DNA from: an uncultured bacterium
GTDB taxonomy: Bacteria; Armatimonadota; UBA5829
DNA: 64,000 nucleotides
Direction: 5' to 3'
Assembly (NCBI GenBank): GCA_938074205.1
Contig: CALJES010000012.1
Location: 278,840 to 342,839 of the forward strand
How positions within the stretch are numbered: position 1 is the stretch's first letter; every line of letters begins with the position of its first letter. The notes beneath the pieces were generated by a model. It saw nothing but the letters and a program-made list of their open reading frames with translations. It was not told where the DNA came from and searched no databases. A program made the position numbers and the translations under genes. Shown here one piece after another: positions 16,723-25,540 of the stretch.

Positions 16723-19263
16723 GTGGGAATGGATTTAGTGCTTAGATTGTCACTTCTTCTTTTTTGTGTCTGCGGTGCGGTTAGTTTGACAGTGGCCGCT
16801 CGAGGGTCTGAGGATCTGTTGCGTTCGAATAAACTAAAATGGGTGGCGCCTGTCGAGGGACCTACTTGTGATTTGCAAGACGGATTAGCGATATTTCATG
16901 TACCCCAGGCTCAGGATGGGTACAACCACTGGGTAGACGGTGTTGCAAATTCTCCGTCCCTGAGAATGGAAGTACCCGAGGGCGACTGGGATCTCTCAGC
17001 AAAAATCGATCTGATCGACTTCACCCCAAACTCTAATTTCCACATCGGCTTGGTTGTAGGATTTGCAGACGCCTTTGTGATGATATTTGGACCTTTCCAG
17101 GGGCCAGCCGTTTGGAGTGATGGAAACTGGCCTGAACTGTGGATCGAGGCTACCGGTATGCCTGCAATATCGAGGACAAAGACGGATACCAAATCTTTAT
17201 ATCTCCAGATACGCAAGCGCCGAAATGAATATGCTTGCTACTACCGAACAGGCGAGGGCGGCGACTGGAAAAGATGCGGGGAATATCTAGGAGTATTCCC
17301 GCCGAGATTCGTCGGCGTGATAGGCAAAACATTCTCGAACGGCCCCGGTATTACTTTTTCGGTTCAACAACTGCGCATCGACAGGGCTTCGTCAGAGTCC
17401 AGAGACGCTCGCATATTTGTCCGTGCAGACACCATAAGTGGCCGCATAGACCGCAACATCTACGGCCACTTCATCGAGCATCTGAGCAGGTGCATTTATG
17501 GCGGGATATGGGCTGAAATGCTCTACAACCGCAAGTTTACCGGTGGCGTTGACGGCCAAGGCGTAATCGAGTCGTGGGCTGCATTTGGCGAGGGTGCAAA
17601 GTATTCGCGTGACAACATCGAGTTCTACACATCGTGCCAGTCGCAGAGGATCGAACTATCGCCGGGTAAGGAGGCAGGTATCGGCAAACGAGACGCAAAG
17701 CTGGCAATAAAGCCGCAGCGTTACGTAGTTAGAGCAGTGCTCAAACAGAGAGGCCTTTCGAACAGTGTAAGGATCGCTCTTCACCAGGGTAATCACGTCT
17801 ACGCAAGCGCGGTTATTCCTCGAGTAAGTGAGGAGTGGTCAGAATATACGGTGAATCTAGACGTCCAAGAGTCTGACCCTAACGCTCAATTCTCCGTTTC
17901 AGCCGCTGGCCCCGGCACGCTTTGGATTGGCTGCTTGTCTATGATGCCAGCGGACAACGTCGAGGGAATGCGCCGGGATGTTTTAGAAGCGATAAAGCGA
18001 ATTAAACCGCCGTTGATACGTTGGCCCGGCGGCAACATGGCCTCAGGTTACCATTGGGAAGACGGAATCGGCCCCAGAGACAAGCGCATGCCCAGATGGG
18101 AACGGGCGTGGAACGCCTGGGAATGGAACGACTTTGGGACGGACGAATACATTCGCTTTTGCAGGTTGGTCGGCACGGAACCTTATATCTGCGTGAACGC
18201 CGGCGAGGGTCAAGCCGACGAGGCAGCCAGGTGGGTGGAATACTGTAATGGCTCAGCGAACACGCCCTATGGTAGGTTACGAGCACTGAATGGACATCCC
18301 GAACCATATAGGGTTAAGTACTGGGGCATCGGCAATGAGATGTATGGCGATTGGCAGCTTGGCCACCTGGATGCCACAAAGTACGCCCTTAAGTCCATAG
18401 AGTTCGCGAGAGCCATGAAAGCGGTCGACCCTTCCATTGTTCTAGTAGGGGTAGGGGTGGATTACGACTCATTCGGCAATTGGAATTCCACCGTAGCCCA
18501 GATTGCCGGGAGCTATTATGACTACTTGTCAGTTCATTACTACAAGGGTCCAAGAGTAAAAGATCCTCAGGAACTAACTTATCTGAACCTAATCTGTGCC
18601 TCGCTTGAAATTGAAAAGATGCTCGCCGCAACGGCTGATATAGTTCAGCGCAGTTCACCAAAGAGACTGCCGCTGGCATTTGACGAGTGGAACATCTGGC
18701 TCCCTCATGGGCTGGAAAGCTCAATATATGCATTGCGCGACGGGCTTTTTGCTGCCGGAGTCTTCCACGCTCTGCACAGGCTTTGTGACCGCGTAACAAT
18801 GGCCAACTTGGCTCAGCTTGTAAACGTCCTCGGCGCGATTCAGACGAGCATGACCGAGCTGGTTGAGACGCCGATCTACAAAGCGTTTGAGTTGTATTCA
18901 AATCTGTGTGAGAACAACCGTGTTGAAGTAAAAGTCGAGTGCAACTCTTTCGACACGCCTGCTGGGCGGATGCCGGTGCTCGACGTTTCTGCCACAGTGA
19001 GTGACGATGGCAAGAAGCTCGTTCTGGCAGTGATAAACCGAGATCCGGTGTCGGATTACAGGACTACGATAAATATATCAGGGTTCAGTTCCAAGTCCCA
19101 AGCTCAAATCGCGGTGCTCAACGGGCCAACTGCATTCTCAGTCAATGACTTCGGCAAGCCTGACCATGTGACAATCACGCGCAGGAATGAGCCAATTGAT
19201 CTTACTAAGCCCTACTCGTTCCCAGCACATTCAGCGACGATTATGATCATGCAAGCTCGATAG
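16723..19263 (+). CDS. GH51 alpha-L-arabinofuranosidase with a roughly 400-aa N-terminal extension (signal peptide plus a lectin/CBM-like domain).
   Basis: GH51 signatures are 'IRWPGGNMASGYHWEDGIGP' and 'YWGIGNEMYGDWQLGH'. An N-terminal signal peptide is present. Confidence 0.75.
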   Translation: MGMDLVLRLSLLLFCVCGAVSLTVAARGSEDLLRSNKLKWVAPVEGPTCDLQDGLAIFHVPQAQDGYNHWVDGVANSPSLRMEVPEGDWDLSAKIDLIDFTPNSNFHIGLVVGFADAFVMIFGPFQGPAVWSDGNWPELWIEATGMPAISRTKTDTKSLYLQIRKRRNEYACYYRTGEGGDWKRCGEYLGVFPPRFVGVIGKTFSNGPGITFSVQQLRIDRASSESRDARIFVRADTISGRIDRNIYGHFIEHLSRCIYGGIWAEMLYNRKFTGGVDGQGVIESWAAFGEGAKYSRDNIEFYTSCQSQRIELSPGKEAGIGKRDAKLAIKPQRYVVRAVLKQRGLSNSVRIALHQGNHVYASAVIPRVSEEWSEYTVNLDVQESDPNAQFSVSAAGPGTLWIGCLSMMPADNVEGMRRDVLEAIKRIKPPLIRWPGGNMASGYHWEDGIGPRDKRMPRWERAWNAWEWNDFGTDEYIRFCRLVGTEPYICVNAGEGQADEAARWVEYCNGSANTPYGRLRALNGHPEPYRVKYWGIGNEMYGDWQLGHLDATKYALKSIEFARAMKAVDPSIVLVGVGVDYDSFGNWNSTVAQIAGSYYDYLSVHYYKGPRVKDPQELTYLNLICASLEIEKMLAATADIVQRSSPKRLPLAFDEWNIWLPHGLESSIYALRDGLFAAGVFHALHRLCDRVTMANLAQLVNVLGAIQTSMTELVETPIYKAFELYSNLCENNRVEVKVECNSFDTPAGRMPVLDVSATVSDDGKKLVLAVINRDPVSDYRTTINISGFSSKSQAQIAVLNGPTAFSVNDFGKPDHVTITRRNEPIDLTKPYSFPAHSATIMIMQAR

Positions 19264-19274
19264 CGCATAAATAT

Positions 19275-20966
19275 TTACCATGACGTGCCATACGGCCAGG
19301 CTGCCAAGCCGCCGTCAAGGAACCGTACGCGCGTGAAACCTTCTCCTTCTAGAATGCGCTGAGCCTCCCACGCACGCATACTGGTCTTGCAGAAGACTAC
19401 GATGTCCTTGTCGCGAGGCAGATCATCCATCCTTTCGCGCAGTTTGCCCAGGGGTATATGCACCACTCTATTTTCCCTAAAAGGTTGCTCTTCTACTTCG
19501 CCTGGCATCCGGACATCGAGAAGCACAAAGTCATCGCCTGCATCCAACCGACTCTTGAGCTCTTGCGGAGTGCAAGACTTGGCAAGCCCTGAAAGCTTAT
19601 TGTCTATAACATTTGCAGCGTGCTGGATTATGTCGACTGCGGTCGAGTAGGGAGGAGCGTAAGCAAGATCCAAATCTGAAACGTCCCTTGCGTCTATTCC
19701 AAAAGTGATGGCTGTTGCAGCAACATCTATTCGCTTGGCGACTTCGCCACGACCAAGCGCTTGCACGCCTAACAGTCTGCCATTCTCAGCATGCACGACC
19801 ATTTTCATAATCACAGGCTTGGACGTGGGGTAATAATGTGCGCAGTCCGGTCCTGGCACCAAAACTGTGATACATGGAATGCCGTGCTTCTTACAGTCAT
19901 TCTCTGAAAGGCCCACCTTTCCAACGTTGAATTCGAAGGCCTTGAAGACCACCGTGCCCAAAATACCCTCAAACCTAGTGTTGCCGCCGGTTATGTTATC
20001 TCCTATCACTCGGCCGTGCTTGTTGGCAGTTGAACCCATTGGAGCGTAGACGGGTTTGCCTGTTATAAGATGCACATTCTCTACGCAGTCTCCGCCGGCA
20101 TATATCGAAGGATCCGAGGTTTGGAGGTACTCGTTGACTTTTATACCTCCTGTTTCGCCCAGCTCGAGTCCGGCATCCTTTGCGAGCTTTACGTTGGGTT
20201 TAACACCTATGGACACGAGAACCAACTGCGCAGTGACTTTTCCCTTGTCGGTAACAACCTCACGAACTGCCCCGCGGTCGTCCGATTCGAAGCAGATTAC
20301 CTGTGTGTCTGTCAGCACGGTAACGCCTTTGGACTCCAGATGCCTCTGCAAATGTACGGCCAACTCAGGATCCAAAACAGCGGGGACAACCGTGGACAGC
20401 ATTTCGATCATTGTTACGCGCAATCCCTGAGAAGCAAGTGCCTCTGCGACCTCTACGCCGATGAGTCCTGCTCCAACGATTACTGCTTCTTTGCAGCCGT
20501 CAGAGATGGCTTTTCTGATACCTTCCGCATCATACGGATGATTCAACCGAAAAATGCCTTTCAGATCGACGCCGGAACACGGCGGTACTGCAGCATCCGC
20601 ACCGGTTGCTAGAACCAGTTTGTCGTAGGGAACCTCATGCCTCACTGCGGTCTCGAGCGATACCACCTCGACTACTTTTCTTTCTCGGTCGATGCGCTCT
20701 GCCAGCGTCCTGCTCATTACGTTTATCGCCTTGACCCCTTTGAAAAAGGCCTCGTCGCGAAGTGCTCCGGCGGGAGTCATCATAAGCTCGTCCATCGTTT
20801 CAACTTGACCCTGAATATAGTACGGCATACCGCAGCCGGCGTATGAGAGCAGGTCACCTCGTTCTATGATGGTGATGTCCGCGCTCGGATCACGTCGCCT
20901 GGCGCGAGCTGCTGCCTTCGGACCGCATGCTACTCCCCCGATAATCACTATTCTGTTCGTGGTCAT
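19275..20966 (-). CDS. CoA-disulfide reductase/NADH oxidase family flavoprotein with a C-terminal rhodanese domain.
   Basis: The FAD motif is 'IVIIGGVACGPKAAARA' and the redox Cys is in 'SYAGCGMPYY'. A C-terminal rhodanese domain reads 'FVLLDVRMPGE...CKTSMRAWEA'. Confidence 0.8.
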   Translation of the reverse strand: MTTNRIVIIGGVACGPKAAARARRRDPSADITIIERGDLLSYAGCGMPYYIQGQVETMDELMMTPAGALRDEAFFKGVKAINVMSRTLAERIDRERKVVEVVSLETAVRHEVPYDKLVLATGADAAVPPCSGVDLKGIFRLNHPYDAEGIRKAISDGCKEAVIVGAGLIGVEVAEALASQGLRVTMIEMLSTVVPAVLDPELAVHLQRHLESKGVTVLTDTQVICFESDDRGAVREVVTDKGKVTAQLVLVSIGVKPNVKLAKDAGLELGETGGIKVNEYLQTSDPSIYAGGDCVENVHLITGKPVYAPMGSTANKHGRVIGDNITGGNTRFEGILGTVVFKAFEFNVGKVGLSENDCKKHGIPCITVLVPGPDCAHYYPTSKPVIMKMVVHAENGRLLGVQALGRGEVAKRIDVAATAITFGIDARDVSDLDLAYAPPYSTAVDIIQHAANVIDNKLSGLAKSCTPQELKSRLDAGDDFVLLDVRMPGEVEEQPFRENRVVHIPLGKLRERMDDLPRDKDIVVFCKTSMRAWEAQRILEGEGFTRVRFLDGGLAAWPYGTSW

Positions 20967-21087
20967 CCTAACTATCCCCCATTTGACGTTCAGTTGGATA
21001 ATTATACTACCGCCTGTCTAGGCCGAATAATACCGCCGCAGGATTAGGAGCACCCGTCATAGAAGCACACATTGAGGTTACGCAAAT

Positions 21088-21699
21088 ATGGAAATACCGA
21101 GGGTTTTAGGCGAATTTGCCACTGTGGTGACCGCGTTGGTCATTGTTTTAGACCCGCTTGCCATAGTTCCCATACTCATAAGTCTCAGCTCTAACCACAC
21201 TCCCCGAGAAGGGCGTCGATTAGCTTACCGGATTGTTGCTGGCGCAACTGTACTACTACTATTTTTCACTGTGACCGGAACGTGGGTGCTGCAGCTGTTT
21301 GGCGTAACGCTCAACGATCTGCGTATCGGTGGCGGATTGCTCTTGCTCCTGATATCGCTCAAAATGGTTGTCGAGGGTCGAATCAGCCCGGGCAAGGAAC
21401 AAGACTACCGAGCAGCGATCGTGCCTCTAATCTCACCGCTTTTGGTCGGCCCGGGCGCAATTACAGCAGCAGTTGTATTGGCTGCAATGCACGGGGTTTG
21501 GTTCACCGCCGTGGCAGGATTGGTATCGATGCTGATCTGCCTTCTTATATTTCTGTCGGCTGGGTTTGTTCAGCGCGTGCTTGGAGAATCCGGAACGGAC
21601 CTCGTGACGCGGGTGATGGGCATACTTGTGGCAACCATTGCGGTGGGTTATATCCGCGAAGGCATATTCTCCAGCGTAAGGGATTTCAGAAAGCTGTAG
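21088..21699 (+). CDS. MarC/UPF0056 family integral membrane protein.
   Basis: The 203-aa product has 6 TM helices and the conserved 'DPLAIVPI' and 'LVGPGAITA' segments. Confidence 0.65.
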   Translation: MEIPRVLGEFATVVTALVIVLDPLAIVPILISLSSNHTPREGRRLAYRIVAGATVLLLFFTVTGTWVLQLFGVTLNDLRIGGGLLLLLISLKMVVEGRISPGKEQDYRAAIVPLISPLLVGPGAITAAVVLAAMHGVWFTAVAGLVSMLICLLIFLSAGFVQRVLGESGTDLVTRVMGILVATIAVGYIREGIFSSVRDFRKL

Positions 21700-21731
21700 A
21701 TAAAAATCGCTAGAATTCGCCCCTACTAACA

Positions 21732-22211
21732 GTGGAAGGGCACAGCTTGATGACCGACGATACTCAAAACTTGGTCCGCGTCGTATTAGACACAAATGTG
21801 TTTGTTGCTGCTTATTGGGCACCGTCAAGTGCGTCAGCTCAACTTATCCAAGCTTGTAGAAAGGGACTAGCTCGCGCCCAGTACTCCACTGAGGTTCGAG
21901 AAGAAGTCGAACGCGTGTTGCGGGCCATCAAAGCTAGACCCCAATTCGTTTATTCACTTGAAGCATTCTGGTCTGCTGCTGAGAAAGTCCGTGCAGTCAG
22001 CGTAGGTTCTGTCCGGGTGCCTGACCCCGACGACCAAAAGTTCTTGGAAGCCGCGGTTGGCGGGGCGAGTGACCTTTTGGTAACAAACGACAACCACCTA
22101 CTAAGCTTGAAATCCGTAGGCCGAACCGAAATAGTGACGCCGTCGACAGCGATGAAGATTGTTTGCCAAATATATCGCGTAGGACCGAGCCATCCTATTG
22201 GTCATAGTTGA
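21732..22211 (+). CDS. PIN-domain protein (putative toxin-type PIN nuclease, TIGR00305-like).
   Basis: Motifs 'VVLDTNVFVAA' and 'PDPDDQKFLEAAVGGASDLLVTNDNHLL...IVTPS' are present. Confidence 0.55.
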   Translation: MEGHSLMTDDTQNLVRVVLDTNVFVAAYWAPSSASAQLIQACRKGLARAQYSTEVREEVERVLRAIKARPQFVYSLEAFWSAAEKVRAVSVGSVRVPDPDDQKFLEAAVGGASDLLVTNDNHLLSLKSVGRTEIVTPSTAMKIVCQIYRVGPSHPIGHS

Positions 22212-22266
22212 ATAGACGTTGAGAGATAATTAAACTTGTATAAATTATGGAACTGGCTCTACCCGA

Positions 22267-25200
22267 ATGTTCAAACGGAATAAAGTGGCGAAGAAAATGG
22301 GTGCTCCAGCATTTTCCAATCAAGAAACGACAAGACGATTCATAGATAACTGTATCAGCGCATTGGAAGACGAAATCCAAGCCGCTGAACACACCGGAGG
22401 TTCCAAAAGGACAGTCGCACTAGCTAACGGACGCTTTCAAAGAACGATTGATCGAACTCATATATACGTGTTTGTAGCATCTGATGGCATGCCGCCGTCC
22501 TACGAAGATGCTCCTGTGCAAATATTGGTTTCAGGACAGGAGATAGACGGATCTGTTGTAGGCATAGAGGAGTTTGAGGTGATAATTGCTCTCGAAGAAT
22601 ACGTGGGAATGTACGTAGCTACAGCAGAACTCGTCGTCGACCTAACGTTCATACTTGAGAAGCTCAGAGAGCTTTTGACTGAGCGGGCCTCTGCTTTAGA
22701 GGTCCACGATGTAACCCTGAAAGTCTTTGGATTTGGTCAGCCACGTATCTCTTTAAGTTCTGCAAAACACCTTTCTGCTGACGAATGTTACATGAACGAA
22801 GCCCAGAAGCACGCATTGGGCAAGTGTCTAGGCAGCGACTTCGTAATGGTTTGGGGACCTCCCGGTACAGGAAAAACGCACGTTTTGGCGAGGGTTCTCG
22901 GCGAGCAGATTTTGCAAGGACAGTCCATTGCTCTACTCTCGAACACTAACATCGCTGTAGACCAAGCGCTTGAGCAGCTACTTAAACTCTGTGAAAATAA
23001 CGAAAGACTCAAGTGTTTGAAAGACGAAGGAAAGATAATACGCTTGGGCACACCTCAATTGGAAAGCGTCTTATCCATTACTCTCGATAGGATGGCTGAA
23101 CGCATAGCGTCCCAATTGAAAGACGAACTAACAAGGCTAAAGCGGCGCCGGGATAGACGAACTAAACGCTTGGAACAAGTGAGGTCGAGGATTAAAAGGC
23201 TTAGGGAATTGCTGGAGTTACATCGTAGACTCAATGAAGTAGTGGACTCGGAAAAACGCATTGCCCACGAGCTGAAAAAAGTGTGCCACCAATACCACGT
23301 GCTTGCAGACGAGCTTCTTGCGCTAAATTTGCGACTGTCCGTCATCCAAAAAAGGCGCCGCCTGCTACGCCTGATATACAGGTCCAAACAGCGCCGCTTG
23401 GAGCAGCTCGTGACTCAAAAAGAAGAGGGTTGCAGAAAAATAAACGAGAATATGCGTAAGTTAACCGAAAAAGTCTTGGCTCACCGCGCTGAGGTCGAAA
23501 AACTTCGCCAACGGATGGCCACCTTGACAAATGGCGTAGTCGATCCAGCGAAATGGGAAACCTGTCTGGCTCGGCTTACAAGTCTTGAGACGAGGCTACA
23601 AAATGAGATGGCCATCTTCGCAGCGAGAATCCACGAGCTTGAAATCGCTCTCCAGACAGTTGAAGCAAGAATTCTTAACGAGGCTCTCCTTGTAGGGTGT
23701 ACCTGCGCTAAGAGCACCCTCGACGTTAATGTCAGTAGCCGTAGGTTTTCAACGGTGGCTGTAGATGAATCCAGTATGGTCTCCCTTCCGCAAACACTCT
23801 GGTGTACGAACTTGGCTAATAAAAGGTTCCTTTGTTTTGGGGACTTTCGCCAGTTGCCACCGATCACCTTGATCAAACCAGATTCTGGGCAGGAGTCATA
23901 TGAGATCATGCATAGTAGCATATTCGAAAGACATCGGTTGGGCGAGAGTTTACAGGACGCCCTTGGGGATCCGCGGGTAGCTTTGCTAAATGAACAATAT
24001 CGTATGAATCCAGAAATATGTGAGCTCGTGAACAAATGGATGTATGGGGGCCGCTTGATTACGGTACCTGGGACCGGCTGCGGAGCTATGCTGTCCCAGG
24101 ATCCACCTCTTGCACTGGTTGACACGTCGTTATTTGGTGCATGGAGCGACAAGAACGCGGATTTTTCGTGGTACAATTGGCACCACGCATTTGTGGTGCT
24201 GGAACTCGTGCGAGAATTGAGAAATGATTCAGGTGCCCAGGCAGATCAAGGTGCGCTAGTGCTGATACTTACGCCGTACCGCGCTCAGGTTCGCCTAATT
24301 CGAGCATTGCTGGAAGAAGCAGACCTTCAAGAGAACGCGAGAGTATCAACCGTCTGGGGTTGCCAAGGAACAGAAGCAAGCGTTGTCATATTTGATACCG
24401 TGTGTGCCCCTCCGTACAGCAAACCGGGACGATGGTTTCTGCATGAACCGGGGCCAGCGGACGGTGCCAGGTTAATTAACGTCGCCATAACAAGAGCCAA
24501 GGACAAGTTGTATATAGTGGGGCATAGGCAGCACCTTGTGCGGAGCTGCCCATCAACCGCGTTCATAAGGAAAATTCTGGATTGCTTAATCGCAAATGAC
24601 CATATTATCGATTCACGGGAAATCGCGAAAAACTTGATACCGGAAGAACCAGCCGACGATGGTGGCTTTCCTATTGGCGCATTTGGGACTGCCTCGTTCA
24701 AGTTGTTCGACCAAGAGACGTTTCTAGAGGCGTTTATAAGCGATCTTTGTCAACTTCCGCCAGGATCGCGGATAACCATCTTCCGGCCGTTCTTAAGTGG
24801 GGAATCCTTTGCACGTTGCAAGTCGCATTTTTGCACATTGCTCAAAAATGGCTGCAGCATCGAGCTATTTACACGAGATCGCTCTGCGCAGAACAGGGGC
24901 AGGCCACTCGACGCTGTCGATTCTATGATTGATGAGCTGGAAAGATTGGGGGCAAAGGTTGGGATAGATTCGTATCTGCGGGGCCAAAGATTCGAGCACC
25001 ACAAGTTGGCTTTTCTCGAGTACCCGCAGGAATCAGACCGAAGAAGCGAACCTGTTATCTGGATCGACAGCAAAAGGATTCTTGGTCACCGCTCTGGTTG
25101 GGAGACTATGCTGCGAATTCAGTCGCGCAATGTGTACAGCGTCTTTGCGAGTATCATCGGTTTAGAAGACCGGCGCAAGCACGTACCAGTACACGTTTTG

Positions 25201-25521
25201 ATAAGCAAACTGGAGAACACACTTCAGCGACAGCTGCAAGCAATTTGTCCTGTTCACAAATTACACATGAAGCTTCGTTTCTCGGTTAGAAGTAGTAAAA
25301 AGTCATTTTTTATGTGTTGTCCTACGTGGAGCAAAAGCAGATGTGACCAGAAGATGAATGTGTCGGTTGAAGAGCTTAACAAAGCTCTGGAGTTCATTCG
25401 GGCGACGTGCTTGGAACCCGGCTGCGACGCTCCGTTGGATGCAAGACGAGGTCGTGAAGGCATATACATAAGGTGCTCCGAAGGACACTATGTCCCCCTT
25501 ATTTCATACTTCCGTAGATAA
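22267..25521 (+). CDS. Upf1-like (DNA2/NAM7) SF1 helicase with a roughly 250-aa coiled-coil insertion and a roughly 330-aa C-terminal region with an HxK motif and a Cys/His cluster.
   Basis: Helicase motifs are I 'GPPGTGKT', II 'VAVDESSMV', III 'GDFRQLPPI', IV 'LNEQYRMNPEI', V 'ILTPYRAQV' and 'VWGCQGTEASVVIFD', and VI 'INVAITRAKDKLYIVG'. A heptad-rich Arg/Leu/Glu segment sits between motifs I and II. The C-terminal region contains 'FEHHKLAFLEY' and 'CCPTWSKSRC...CLEPGC...CSEGH'. Confidence 0.7.
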   Translation: MFKRNKVAKKMGAPAFSNQETTRRFIDNCISALEDEIQAAEHTGGSKRTVALANGRFQRTIDRTHIYVFVASDGMPPSYEDAPVQILVSGQEIDGSVVGIEEFEVIIALEEYVGMYVATAELVVDLTFILEKLRELLTERASALEVHDVTLKVFGFGQPRISLSSAKHLSADECYMNEAQKHALGKCLGSDFVMVWGPPGTGKTHVLARVLGEQILQGQSIALLSNTNIAVDQALEQLLKLCENNERLKCLKDEGKIIRLGTPQLESVLSITLDRMAERIASQLKDELTRLKRRRDRRTKRLEQVRSRIKRLRELLELHRRLNEVVDSEKRIAHELKKVCHQYHVLADELLALNLRLSVIQKRRRLLRLIYRSKQRRLEQLVTQKEEGCRKINENMRKLTEKVLAHRAEVEKLRQRMATLTNGVVDPAKWETCLARLTSLETRLQNEMAIFAARIHELEIALQTVEARILNEALLVGCTCAKSTLDVNVSSRRFSTVAVDESSMVSLPQTLWCTNLANKRFLCFGDFRQLPPITLIKPDSGQESYEIMHSSIFERHRLGESLQDALGDPRVALLNEQYRMNPEICELVNKWMYGGRLITVPGTGCGAMLSQDPPLALVDTSLFGAWSDKNADFSWYNWHHAFVVLELVRELRNDSGAQADQGALVLILTPYRAQVRLIRALLEEADLQENARVSTVWGCQGTEASVVIFDTVCAPPYSKPGRWFLHEPGPADGARLINVAITRAKDKLYIVGHRQHLVRSCPSTAFIRKILDCLIANDHIIDSREIAKNLIPEEPADDGGFPIGAFGTASFKLFDQETFLEAFISDLCQLPPGSRITIFRPFLSGESFARCKSHFCTLLKNGCSIELFTRDRSAQNRGRPLDAVDSMIDELERLGAKVGIDSYLRGQRFEHHKLAFLEYPQESDRRSEPVIWIDSKRILGHRSGWETMLRIQSRNVYSVFASIIGLEDRRKHVPVHVLISKLENTLQRQLQAICPVHKLHMKLRFSVRSSKKSFFMCCPTWSKSRCDQKMNVSVEELNKALEFIRATCLEPGCDAPLDARRGREGIYIRCSEGHYVPLISYFRR

Positions 25522-25540
25522 GTGTGACCTTTTCTGCATG

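Noticed and set aside
23481-24176. A 231-aa antisense ORF inside the helicase gene, plus other antisense ORFs (5345-6163, 38439-39898, 44370-44951).
   Set aside because: All overlap strongly supported genes on the opposite strand. They have Ser/Arg/Ala-rich composition characteristic of antisense frames and no recognisable motifs.
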